64,000 bases of DNA, taken from NCBI GenBank assembly GCA_008690995.1, contig VRMN01000015.1, positions 248,001 to 312,000 of the forward strand. The letters run 5' to 3'. Under the pieces are notes generated by a model. It ran no database searches, was not told where the DNA came from, and saw only the letters and a list, made by a program, of their open reading frames with translations. Source of the stretch: Porphyridium purpureum. Taxonomy: Eukaryota. A program made the position numbers and the translations under genes. Below are positions 53,287 through 64,000 of this stretch, piece after piece. Positions within the stretch are counted from its first letter, which is position 1. Each line of letters begins with the position of its first letter.

Positions 53287-55863
53287 TCATGACCATTCAT
53301 GAGACCCGCAACATGCGAGACTTTTTTTGAGCGGATGTCAAGCCGGGCTAGAGAATGTCTGGCAGTCTTGAGCAAACTCAGAAAGGTCTCTGACATGTTC
53401 AAAGCCTGAAGCGTTGCACACGCGGTCAGTACAGCTGCAACATGGAGTATTTGAGCGGACCAGCCCAGTGGGTATATGTTGGGGTAGACGATGGCTGTGA
53501 CCGGTACCAGAGACACGGATAGGTGAACGTACTCGAGCTTGCGAGCTGGCAGCAAAAGAAGAAAAGTCTGTCGGGCAGCTGATGCGATTTTCCGCCCTCT
53601 GCCTCTATGTGTACCACTAGGCTATGGATGCAATGTTCATATGGATACGCTCAAATCCGTCCTGATTCAATGTCGCGCAGGTTCTGGTACGCCAAACACA
53701 CAGACGGGAAATATGAAAGCCATGGCAAATGATGAAATGGAAACACCGTCTGTTGCCGTCCAGACAGACGTGTTCGCAGTTGTACTAATTGCCACACTGA
53801 GCATGCTGGCGTCGACGCACAACAGCACAGCCGCTACATTTCACAATGCGTGCTATCGCACCACGACAATGTGCCTCACCTTCGATAAAGACACGAAATG
53901 CCTCCGTTCGCCCAAGCAAGCACCGCTCCAGATGATGTGTCCAACGCACCGCCCTCAGATACACTTTGTGCGACCCATCGGGCTGCCAATGCTTTTACCC
54001 CAGAAAAAGTCACCTCATTTATCGTTTTTTCGTTGCTTGGGCCAACAAAACCTTGGGCATACACTGCCGCAGGACTCACCGACGTTCCCCACAAGCGAGG
54101 GGTTAAAGCTAGCCTGCAGAGCCACTCGCCATTCCACAAAGCTTCTGCAGCAACAGAAGCGTCCCAGTGTTGGTCAAAAAGCACTGACGTGAAGCAGTGC
54201 CTTCGCAGCAACAGAAGCGCTCGAATTTGAGAAGCGCTGCATCGCATGTCTCGCGATCATCGGGCAGAAGGAGTAAAGCGCGCAGAATTTTCGGTTGAAA
54301 TGTTCGAGCTCGCCGGAGACAGGCTTGTCGATGATTTTTGCGCGTGCACATCAGGATGCCACTTGGTCGGACCTTTGGAACCGCGTCTTTGTATGATTCA
54401 CCATTCTGTCCTCTGTACCAAGGAAGCTAGATCGAATCGAGGAATATGCGAGACTTCTCTGTGCTCTCACAGCAGCCGAGACGCTTGTCACTCCAGTTGG
54501 AAACTGAGCACGGAGGAGGTTCTGCCTTGGAGCGGAAAAGGCATTCAATTCGTTTGACTGACAGGACCCACATGCCAATGTAATGATTCATTCCAAGATG
54601 GCAATACTGGTCTGAAATCACGCCGAGACAATTCAGGATCTCTGTATGAGTATCCGCATTACGTAACAGATTCTGGGTCTTCTGCATGACAGCTGCCTCT
54701 GAATGCATGGCCGCACGATTGCCATTCAGCTCGTAAGAGTCATTGCAATTCAAGCGAGTCCAAGAAGTGCCGACGCGAGTCACTGCATTCGCGGCAACAC
54801 ATACGCCGGTCGTCGAAGTCTGACGCGGAGGACGTGACCGTACCCTCCCCATAAAAGCAGTTCGACTATCCATAGAATGACGGAGTCCAGTCCGCATTGC
54901 CAACGCTTCTTCCCGCAGAGCCCGACCAAGAATCGCACAAAAATGCAGCCCACCACGGTGAGTGGGTCTGAATTATTCGCCAGATTGGTGCTACTGGCGC
55001 TGTGAAGAACTCGACGCACACATTTGATCACAACTTTGACCACGTGCATTAAGCTTTGACGGGCAACACGATCAACTCCGACCCTAATTCACGGACCCAG
55101 CTGACACAATCAAACGGAGCACGTTCCGGTAAGGCAGTGCTACACTTTGCCGACATTCGGAGTTACGGAGTCGACCCGTCCAGGTCCTCCACCAACGACT
55201 CTTCCATTGTGTCACTGCGCGCGTCAAATGGCTCAAACCAACGCACCATTCTGCGGGAGCAGACCTCTTGCACATAACCGCCTACCACAACGATACCAAG
55301 ACACACCGCCAGCGCAAATCGCAAACCCGGACATGCTCCACGCTGCTTTCCATCTCGCACGCACATCACCTCATCTCCGTGCAACACTCCCATACCTCCT
55401 GGCCCATCAGCATCGACTCGAAACACCGGTCCAGAAGCAGCCGCGGTCTCGCCGTCTTCCAATGCACGCCTGCAAAACCCGGTTTACAGTGCATCATAGT
55501 AAAAACGCCCTGTTTTCCCATATGACGTGGAAGATAACCGACTGTAAGGATGGCGAACTGCACATGCTTGAAAACAGTGCGACCTCGCGCGTGGGAGTTG
55601 AAAGGGTTGCGCCTCGGGTGGGGCTGAGCGCTTCTGCACGCACGCTTTATGAATAACGGAGACACATCGTCTATCTAGGGCCCGAAAAAAAAACCAACAA
55701 CACCAAAGCAGAGTTCGTCGCATGGTCTGCGATTCTTCAGCAGCCGACAGACGAAAATTGGCTGCGCAATGGATATGAAAAGACGGTCCATTCTCCGGTT
55801 GAATTCGCCGTTCACCGATACAATCAACGACGTGCCTGCGTGCTCGTCGCGTGCCTTGAAGTG

Positions 55864-58200
55864 TCACGCGCGAAAATACAAGTGCAGCTTGGCATAGAGG
55901 TCGGACGCCAAGAACGGAATGGATGCGTCCGAGGTCAGTTGTGCAACAGCCGCAGGTGCGCGGCCGCGCTCCATCAGCGAAAGCAGTGCTGGCCCCAGCA
56001 CGCTTTGCGCGCGCATCAGAATCTCGCCGAACGCGTCGCGCACGTCCTTGCGGAGGTCATCCTCAGCACTTGATGATGTTCCTAGTGCATCCGTACCAAG
56101 TTGTGATAAGGACTCTTGTATGAGCAGCATGGATGATGCTATACACTCGATTAGTTCGGCCTGGACTCTGGCGGCCGCCGCCCTGGCTGTTTCTGCCCGA
56201 TCTTGGTCGTAGCGATGCAGCAGAAAAGCGTGATCACATAAGCTGTCGATGATTAAGGACGCCAGCGGTTGCTGACTCTTATTCTTTCGACGATTTGGGG
56301 CTCCCTTGGGTGTCAACACCAGCTGCGACAGCAGCCGGCTTGGAGATGATGCCTGCCCATCAATGTGCGCGTCGACCAGTAAATCGACTGCGTCGCGGTA
56401 CAAATGCAAGCAGTCAAATCGAGCACAGCTTTGGCTGAGTAGCGCTTGAAGTACAGCCACAAATTTCTCGTCCGCCAGTAGACCATCTCGAAAGCGAGAA
56501 TAAACGCGGAGGATGCTCGTGAACGCCATTTCTAGCCAAGCCGGATGGAGTGGCTCATAATCGTGCTCGTCGACGAGCACGCCATGCAATGCTTCGACCA
56601 CGATACGAACACTCTCCGTCGAGCCAAGCCGCTTCGCGTCGTGGCTGGCAATGCGCAAGCCAGCGGCGAATGTATTCTCGGTCATCACGCCTTGATTTGC
56701 GCCTATCGCAAAATCCAGCAAGGTCCCGTTCGAAAATGCTGGTATCAAGCTCGCTACATTTCCGTCAGTTCCAAGAGCGTGCGGTGACAGCTCCGAGCAC
56801 GCCTCCGCCACCATGGCCACGATCTCGGTCAATGTGGCCAAGTGTAAACTGGTGCCTCTGTCTGGACTTTCGCGATCATTTGCGGTCAGGTTTCGCGCGG
56901 CCTCGTTCCACAGCTCTAGCAGAGCATGCAACAGAGCACACGCAAACGCATAACAATCCATGACGCGGTAGGAGCTAGAACCGTGTTCGGGGCGCCACAG
57001 CAATGGCACCGACGAGAGAATACAAAGGAGCACCTCTTTCTCGAGCACCAACAGCCTTGCTGGTGCCTGCGTGCCGGGTGTGTGGGCAAGCTTCAGTCCG
57101 ACGTGGTCCAGTAATTCACAGACGCGTTCGCTGCTGGAGAGCGCCTCGAGCGCGGCATCCTCCAAACCTATATCCTCCGTTCGTTCCGGCGAGCGCTGTG
57201 CCTGTGCTCCTATCTCAATACCTTTCGTCGATGATGGCTGATGCGTTGGCAGAGGTGCCTGCGGCGAGTCTTCCAATGCAGCTCGCTCGCGCTTGTTTCC
57301 GACGGGAGCTTTCAATTTTTCGCCACCTGGCTTCGCTCGACCGAGCTGCGAGTCAAAGTCATCAAAGCCATGGTCATGGGAACCCACACCGCGTGCGCGT
57401 TGGCCACGCGAGGTAGATACCGCCGCAGTCGTAGTATCATTCTGCGAAGGCGCGGTGGTCTGCGCACTTGCAGCGCGTTGCTGGTATGTGCGTATTTGAA
57501 GCTGCGCCTGGCTGATATCATGTTCCAGCAGAGCTATGCGGCTTTCCAGAGTCGCGCGCACGCGCTCGAGTTCAAGCTGTGCCTGTGCCTGTGCCGTGTC
57601 TTCTTCCACTTGCGCTGAGGACTGGCTCCGCGCGCGGCCGCTTACGTCGAGATTCTTGCGCTCTTCTGCCAGCAGGCGCTTTCTCAAATTCGCGATTTCG
57701 GCTCGCAGCTTGTCGTGCTCGGACAGGGACGGCGCCGGCGCTGCACCCATGATTGCAGATGCCCGCGAGGGCGTGTTTCCGTCGCTTTGATCCCTGGGGA
57801 CACTTTGAAGCTGAACGGAGGGGTACCGAGCGCGGCTAATGTTTGCAGTCGCGTTGTTTGCGCGATACGGCGCGCTGTACGGCGCGACTCTTGCCGCCGG
57901 CACACGCGAAGCCTTTCGGTGGTCCGCCGGCGGCATCTTTCCCGTTGGCACTGCGCGACCTTGCCCAGCGTGCGCGGCCGGTACTCGCGCGAGACGTGCA
58001 ACATTGCTCGCGTTCGGAGCGTCATGCGCAGCGACCCTGCGCGTGGCGGCGGCAGCGGTCGCGGTAGCGGTGGTATCGGCGACCGCGACCACACCTTCCG
58101 CTCGACTTCCCTGCAACCGGTCGACCTCATAATCCAGCTGCGCAAACAAGTCCTCATACTCATCCAGATCATACTCATTCACTTGGACCACCCGCTCCAT
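55864..58200 (-). CDS. Hypothetical coiled-coil/helical-repeat protein, ATRIP-like architecture
   Basis: 819-codon ORF: acidic N-terminal motif (YDLDEYEDLFAQLD), coiled coil (~57720-57475) and Leu-rich helical C-terminal half. Start could be 58323, 58296 or 58200. Confidence 0.7.
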   Translation of the reverse strand: MERVVQVNEYDLDEYEDLFAQLDYEVDRLQGSRAEGVVAVADTTATATAAAATRRVAAHDAPNASNVARLARVPAAHAGQGRAVPTGKMPPADHRKASRVPAARVAPYSAPYRANNATANISRARYPSVQLQSVPRDQSDGNTPSRASAIMGAAPAPSLSEHDKLRAEIANLRKRLLAEERKNLDVSGRARSQSSAQVEEDTAQAQAQLELERVRATLESRIALLEHDISQAQLQIRTYQQRAASAQTTAPSQNDTTTAAVSTSRGQRARGVGSHDHGFDDFDSQLGRAKPGGEKLKAPVGNKRERAALEDSPQAPLPTHQPSSTKGIEIGAQAQRSPERTEDIGLEDAALEALSSSERVCELLDHVGLKLAHTPGTQAPARLLVLEKEVLLCILSSVPLLWRPEHGSSSYRVMDCYAFACALLHALLELWNEAARNLTANDRESPDRGTSLHLATLTEIVAMVAEACSELSPHALGTDGNVASLIPAFSNGTLLDFAIGANQGVMTENTFAAGLRIASHDAKRLGSTESVRIVVEALHGVLVDEHDYEPLHPAWLEMAFTSILRVYSRFRDGLLADEKFVAVLQALLSQSCARFDCLHLYRDAVDLLVDAHIDGQASSPSRLLSQLVLTPKGAPNRRKNKSQQPLASLIIDSLCDHAFLLHRYDQDRAETARAAAARVQAELIECIASSMLLIQESLSQLGTDALGTSSSAEDDLRKDVRDAFGEILMRAQSVLGPALLSLMERGRAPAAVAQLTSDASIPFLASDLYAKLHLYFRA

Positions 58201-58571
58201 GCCCACCCTCTCATCCTCCCCAACACCATCATCTCCACCATCGTCCTCCTCTCCAGCCACAGGCACCGAGCAGTCGCAGCGCGTCCGCTTGAACATCGCG
58301 CTAGGGTTTCCATTATTTAACATCAGAGGGATTTGTAAAATAGGTTAATTAATAATATCCTAAATAAAACACGCTGTTTTATCAGAGCGTGACGATCATG
58401 TCAAATCAGAGTGATTTTGTTAGGAGAAAGTACAGTGTTTAGAACGAGGTACAGCGATGGTTATGGAGGAGGCGCAGCGAGCCGGAGGGAAGAAGAGAGG
58501 TGAGACAGAGGAAGACAGGAGAAGAAGAGGAAGAGGAGACAGGAGAAGAAGGGAAGGAGGGCAGTGGATGG

Positions 58572-61500
58572 ATGGAGGTGGAGGTGGCCGCAGTGCTGCT
58601 GCACTATGCTAGCAAGCATGGGCGGACCGATCTGATTCGGGAGGCGCTGGCGAACGGCGCGCATGTCGATGTGCAGATCGATGCGTCGATCCGGTATGAG
58701 ATCACGGTGGAGGAGGACGGCGACGACGCGCAGGACGGGGCGGGCGCCGCGGGACGGGCTGGGCAGGCAGCTGTTGCGCACGCGGATGTGAGGGAGTATC
58801 CGGATGATGGCGTGCAGCGGATGGAGGCGCCGCTGCATGCGGCGGTCAGGTACGACGCGCTGGACTCGGTGCGCGCGCTGCTCGCCGCCGGCGCGAGTTG
58901 CGAAGTCACAAACTTTCAGGACATGACGCCTATTCAGCTCGCGCAGAACACCCACCTGTACGGTAGCGCCTCGTCGAACAGGGCGCGCGTGCTGACCGCA
59001 TTCGTCGCCGAGCTGTGCCAGTCGGCCGGCATGGGCAAGACAGACAGGATCCAGCAGCTGTTGCGCGCGGGGCTGTCTCTGGACAGCGTCGACGGCGAGG
59101 ATACGCGCAACTCGGCGTTGCACTGGGCAGCCACATTTGGCTCCATCGAGGCCACCGCTCTGCTCGTGCAGATGGGCGCCCCCGTCAACATGCGAAACGC
59201 AGAGGGCGTCACGGCGCTGATGGACGCAGCACGGTGCGGCCACGAAGAGGTTGTCCGCCTGTTGCTTGAGAACGCCGCAGATCCGACGGTGATGGCCAAA
59301 AGCGGCTCCGGCGCCGGCAAGTCTGCCGCAGACATGGCGTCAAGTACTGAAATTCGTAGTCTGATAGCCCAGTATGAGAGTGCACGGACGCCGGCCCGGC
59401 AGCATGGCCAGCCAGCTCACCCGCAGGGAACAAGTCAGCACCAAGCGCAACACAATCTGGATCTAGCGGGTGCCCGCGCGGTCAAGGCGGTCGTTTCAGC
59501 GTCCTCTCCTGCTCGAACTAGTCAAAACACCCCGCCCGCGCACACCGCTTCTTCGAGCAATGGACTGGCTTCCGTTGCAAAAAGCAGTGCAGGCGAAACA
59601 CATCAAAAGCCTGTGGATGCTCAGGCTTCTGTGGACACCGCCGGCTCCAAACCTGAAATCGCAGAACCGGTCGGAATTTTTGCGTCGTTGGCCAACCGCA
59701 TGCGAAAAAGACAGTCGAAATCCTATTCGTCTGTTCCGCCGCAAGCTGGATCACCTTCACAATCTCAGCCAGTGCCTGAGCCAGAGCCAGAGCCGGAGCC
59801 GGAGCCAAAACCGGTGCCGCATGTGGGAGCCTCGAGCCAGCAAGAAGAAAAGGAACCGCATGCACCTCAGGGTGCCGGTGTGACGCCCACCCACGCTCCT
59901 GTGCCCACTGCCACCTTGCCTGATCCGGTGATGCAGTCACCAAACGGTCGACCGGCGGGACCCGCGCAAACTCCCCAGAGAATACCCGAGTGGGCGCAAT
60001 TACTGTGGCCGCGGCCGCGGCGGATTTTGGATAAGAGTGAGCGTTGCGCGCGTGGTTTTGCGGTTCCTACAGTGCTCTGTATTGACACTGGGGCAAGCCC
60101 GGCCGCACGCAGCGAGGCGCGCAAGTGGATTGCGCGATGCGCCGCCAAGAAAGCAGCCGATATAGCGCCGCACCTCCCTGATATGCGCCTTTGTTCGGAC
60201 AGAGGTACATCGCAAGGTATTATTCGAGTGCGCATTGTGCCGAACGCGTTCCAGGTACGCTCCGAAGCGTACAGCATCCAGGTCCGGCCGGAAGCAGCCC
60301 ATGGCGAGATAGGAACGGGCAGTATATCCATCTGCGCGTCCGATGAGCGAGGTTTGTTTTATGCATTTTGCGTGGTCGAACAGTGCATGGCTTTTTGCGC
60401 AGAGTTTTCGCCTGGGGTCGTTTCGCAAGAGGGGACGCTGGATGGGTCGCGGCCGCTATTTATTCCTGCCGTTCTGATCACAGACTGGCCGCTCTTCCCC
60501 ACGCGTGGCATTGTGATGGACCTGAGGACCGGCCGCGTTCCAGCCATTCAGACACTGAAAAGTTACGCAGAAATTTTGTCGCGGATGCGGATCAACACGC
60601 TGTATCTTTTCATTCGGGACGAATCGGTTGACGGAAGAGCGTGGACTTGCGACACTGCTGATGTTGAAGAAGAAGAAGGAGCGGCTTTAACGGTCGATGA
60701 GCTGGCTGAGCTGGACGCATTTTGTGCGGGCTCGCACATTGAACTCATTATCAGCCTCGACCTGCTGGGACGAGGACCAAAACATGCGAGCACGCATGCC
60801 GGGGCCCGTCACAAATTGAGTTATGATCTCAGTGACGTGCTCGCACGTGAGGAAGCAGCGATGTACGCGGCAAATGGTTTGAAGGATCTGGACTTGTCAA
60901 GAGACCTATCCGGAGACCACTGGCGTCGCTTGCACGCCGCGCTTGCGAAAGCTTCGCAGTACGTCCTTTCCGACTCATTGGCGGTTGGGATGGGTATGCA
61001 CGCGTCGGGCGCCGCCCAGGGCGCAGTTATGGCACTTGATGCGGTGCAAATGCTGCTGGTTGATTCTAAGCGTGTCCAGTTTTGGTCAAACGCGTTCAGA
61101 GAAAGCACGCACGCGCAAGCGCCGGAGCGGCTTTTCACCGCGGGCGATGGTCATTGCGTGGCGATGGAGTATTTCGACTCGCATGTGGATGAGAGGGTCA
61201 TCCGGGCTCGCGCGGTAGCCCTGCAAGACGCCGGTGTGCCCTTTATGCTATGCCCGAGCGCTGCGACCCTCAACTCGTTTGCCGGCTCCATAAAGGAGGC
61301 TTCGAGGCTCATACGTATGGCCTGTACACTGGGCGCGGCACACGACGCGAGCGGCGTGGTTCTGACCGACCTGGCGGGCATTGGCCCGCTGCAACCGATG
61401 ATCGCGTCGTGGCCAGCGTACACCGCTTTTGCCGGCTCGGCATGGGGCGCACAGTCGAGTCTCGACCTCGACTCGGGAGACGGCATGGAGCTTCTGGCAC

Positions 61501-62123
61501 GGCTGCTCGACGTTCATGTGTTTGGAGATGGCGACCAGGGCGGTCAGCTGGGCGCCGTGCTGACCATGTTCGGTGAGTTCAATGCGCTTTGCATAAAGTC
61601 CGGCACAAGCTTACGCGTGAATGGCGAGCAGCGCGCCGAGTGGAGCCGCACGGCCATGTTTGAGCTAGTAATGTGCTCAAACCGAGCGGCGCAAAATGGC
61701 TCCGAAGGCGCAGGACTCATTGCGTGCTTTGATGAATCTGGGTTACGCCGGTGCTCGCGCCGCGTGGAAAAGGCGCTCGAGGTGCTCAGCACTTACCAGG
61801 GTAGCGCGTCGACATGCGAGTTGACGGAAATCCAGCTGATTGGCGAGTACCTGCGCGTTGCAACCCGCATGGCGCTTCTGCTCGGTCGGCCGCCCGGTGC
61901 GGACGCAAACATCTCCCAGTCGACGCGATCTGATCTAGTGAACCGAATCATCAAGTGCATCGGTCTGCTGCGCAGAACATGCGAGCTGCAATGTAAGCTT
62001 GGCTCTGGCTTCCGCGCCGCGGTGAAGTATCTCGAGTGCGCGTTGTACGCGTTGTCGCAGGATCAAAAATACATGTGCGAATTCATCGAGGAATGCAAGC
62101 GCAGGAACTGGTTGTTTGAATAG
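58572..62123 (+). CDS. Ankyrin repeat + GH20 hexosaminidase-like fusion protein
   Basis: Ankyrin repeats (APLHAAVR, SALHWAATFG, GVTALMDAARCGHEEVVRLLLENAADP) and a Pro-rich linker, then GH20 domain 2 (LWPRPR, SEAYSIQV, ASDERGLFYA) and the barrel start ITDWPLFPTRGIVMDLRTGRVP. Confidence 0.85.
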   Translation: MEVEVAAVLLHYASKHGRTDLIREALANGAHVDVQIDASIRYEITVEEDGDDAQDGAGAAGRAGQAAVAHADVREYPDDGVQRMEAPLHAAVRYDALDSVRALLAAGASCEVTNFQDMTPIQLAQNTHLYGSASSNRARVLTAFVAELCQSAGMGKTDRIQQLLRAGLSLDSVDGEDTRNSALHWAATFGSIEATALLVQMGAPVNMRNAEGVTALMDAARCGHEEVVRLLLENAADPTVMAKSGSGAGKSAADMASSTEIRSLIAQYESARTPARQHGQPAHPQGTSQHQAQHNLDLAGARAVKAVVSASSPARTSQNTPPAHTASSSNGLASVAKSSAGETHQKPVDAQASVDTAGSKPEIAEPVGIFASLANRMRKRQSKSYSSVPPQAGSPSQSQPVPEPEPEPEPEPKPVPHVGASSQQEEKEPHAPQGAGVTPTHAPVPTATLPDPVMQSPNGRPAGPAQTPQRIPEWAQLLWPRPRRILDKSERCARGFAVPTVLCIDTGASPAARSEARKWIARCAAKKAADIAPHLPDMRLCSDRGTSQGIIRVRIVPNAFQVRSEAYSIQVRPEAAHGEIGTGSISICASDERGLFYAFCVVEQCMAFCAEFSPGVVSQEGTLDGSRPLFIPAVLITDWPLFPTRGIVMDLRTGRVPAIQTLKSYAEILSRMRINTLYLFIRDESVDGRAWTCDTADVEEEEGAALTVDELAELDAFCAGSHIELIISLDLLGRGPKHASTHAGARHKLSYDLSDVLAREEAAMYAANGLKDLDLSRDLSGDHWRRLHAALAKASQYVLSDSLAVGMGMHASGAAQGAVMALDAVQMLLVDSKRVQFWSNAFRESTHAQAPERLFTAGDGHCVAMEYFDSHVDERVIRARAVALQDAGVPFMLCPSAATLNSFAGSIKEASRLIRMACTLGAAHDASGVVLTDLAGIGPLQPMIASWPAYTAFAGSAWGAQSSLDLDSGDGMELLARLLDVHVFGDGDQGGQLGAVLTMFGEFNALCIKSGTSLRVNGEQRAEWSRTAMFELVMCSNRAAQNGSEGAGLIACFDESGLRRCSRRVEKALEVLSTYQGSASTCELTEIQLIGEYLRVATRMALLLGRPPGADANISQSTRSDLVNRIIKCIGLLRRTCELQCKLGSGFRAAVKYLECALYALSQDQKYMCEFIEECKRRNWLFE

Positions 62124-63356
62124 ATCCGAAGCGGATGGGGTCGGTTTCTCGCGGTGCGGGACTTGTGGAGAGGGAAGCTTGGCTCGAAGTGTAGAAACGC
62201 CAAAGCACAGGGGTAAACCCCGTGAAAAGTCTTGCCCAAAAAAAAGCCACCCCCGGAACATGTGGTCCAAGCGAAGGATCGAGTGTTGTGGTCATTGAAT
62301 AAGGAAAGCGTGCCTGTGGGCATTTACGTTTTCACTCCACTCGGGGCATGCTTTGACATGAAGCAATTTCTTCCGCCTTGCAGAGTTCAGGAGGACGTGT
62401 ATAATTAAAAACCGGGACCGTAGCGCCACCGTATGCGGACCCACGGGCGACACCACAGCACGCCTTCCAAATGTATAAAGCTCTGCCGATACGCGTCTTG
62501 CTGCTAGCAAATGATTGAGCCATATACCTTGCCCCAGTGCTTTTCAGCAGCGCCGTGTGCCCAAGCGAGCACTGCCGTCCCTGGTTCAGCGGGAACTCAA
62601 TGTCCCGGTGTCCGGTTCCGCACGTTCTTCACCATTCATCGGAAGCGCATGTGTTTTAAGAAGATGAGAGCATCGTGCATTTGTGTCGAGACTCTGAAGC
62701 TTACGCGCACGATTCTAGGCGGGGGCTGTGTCTCACGGCAGTTTGCTGTCGTCTGAAGTTCCCGTCGCCCATGTAGAAAGCGCGTCGCATGTATTGCTGG
62801 ACGCTCTCAGGGCAAGAAGGTAAGAAACGAATTGGGAAACGTGTGTGAGCGAGATTCTACAGATTGGTTCAAAGTTCGACAGAGGGCACAATCTTCTCCT
62901 CTCGCCGGGTCACCAGGAAGCCGATGACCAGACGGTCCTCGGCCTCGTAGCTTCACTCCCATGTCCTAGAAGGTATCTTCCAAGGCGCACTGCCGAGTGT
63001 GTTGCGACAGTTTCTGGACTGCCTGCATCTGCCCGCTGCCGCGCTTGGCCGTTTCCAAGGAAATGCTGAACGTTGCGCTGGGCGCTCGCCGCCAAAGTGG
63101 AGCACTGTTGAGCAAAGCACAGAAGGGCTGACGAGGAGCTCGTCGGTGGGCGGCTGTGCCTTTCTTCCAAGGCAAGAAGCTGGATGCGTGCGCTCGAGTA
63201 GCATTTTCGTTCTCCTTGCGCGCTGAAAAGTCCAACGTGGAGCGGTGATAGCACGCGTCAGCGTGCGAGCGCCCGATACTCCGTGCAGTCCACCACCAAG
63301 TGGATGGTACGCGTGCGCATCCCCAGCGGCCGGTCCGATGAGGAAAGACAGAGAAA

Positions 63357-63388
<32 letters not shown>

Positions 63389-63391
63389 GTG
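63357..63391. repeat. (GT)n microsatellite
   Basis: Direct inspection. Confidence 0.9.
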
Positions 63392-64000
63392 CGGGTGCTT
63401 CAAATCTCATCTCGTGCACTCGTCGCTGCGCCTTACGCAGCTTTGAGGAGTTTCGTGACGCTAACGTTTCCCAAGTCTCGACCGTGCTTCACCGCGCGAG
63501 TACACAACCATGGAGAGAATGGACGGCCGTTTTTGCATGTGCGGAAGAACCGGACGATCATCGTCTGCCACACCACGAGAGTTGTCCCCAACGATACCGC
63601 TCCATTCACAGAATGGCGATGGCGGGAAGGCATAAAACGGTGATGACAATGGGCCGCCATCTGTGTCAAAGCACGGAGGCAACAGACACAGACGCCTGTG
63701 GCACATGTGCGCCATACCCCGAACCACACCGAACCGACTGGTCTGTCAGATCGGCGCGAGCCGTTAATCCGAATAACCGCGAGACCGCTAGACCGTTTGT
63801 TGCGCCATCCATCTGCGCCGCCTATTCCACGGCATCACCACCGAGCCCAAGTGGCGCGCGCCCACTTCTGCATCGCAACGCGCGCGGATTTCCTCTTGAA
63901 CCGAAGTGGCGCGCGCCGGAGTGGCCCGGGTCGTTTCCGCTCGGCGGATAACGAAGACGCGTGCGCAACAACGTGCGGCCATGCTCACATGCGCGCGTTG

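Noticed and set aside
1699..62123. Functional glycosylation gene cluster (GH63, GT90, GT13, GH20-like)
   Set aside because: The genes are scattered over 60 kb among unrelated genes, which is compatible with chance in a gene-dense genome.
62124..64000. Coding region at the right end
   Set aside because: ORFs run through a GT microsatellite and have no motifs; probably intergenic or promoter DNA.

Overview
Eukaryotic, GC-rich, gene-dense and intron-poor genomic DNA. The short GT-AG introns, 'M..AFV' transit-peptide starts and cyanobacterial-type organellar genes suggest a unicellular red alga such as Porphyridium (inference, not verified). The left arm (1-6.6 kb) holds a spliced MSH5 that runs off the left edge, head-to-head with glucosidase I (GH63), then an intact cyanobacterial-type UvrC. 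The middle (about 7.2-27.3 kb) is a roughly 20 kb transposon island: a decayed Ty1/copia pol, solo-LTR-like pieces, an intact two-exon orphan gene between GTAC-rich degenerate arrays, an unusual LTR element, and a decayed Ty3/gypsy pol. The unusual element has CGTGG...CCACG LTR ends, a half-tRNAiMet primer site and a Ty3-like gag, and it is interrupted by a solo LTR carrying heat-shock elements. The right arm (27.7-62 kb) holds a class I GATase, GT90, GrxB, a TFIIS-M/SPOC protein, an LRR protein, an F-box-like protein, a type I membrane protein, GT13 with an MGAT5-like C-terminal module, a repeat + triple-SAM-like orphan, a DENN protein, an ATRIP-like protein and an ankyrin-GH20-like fusion. 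I recognised no rRNA, tRNA or CRISPR array. All family calls come from motifs read by eye, without database searches.
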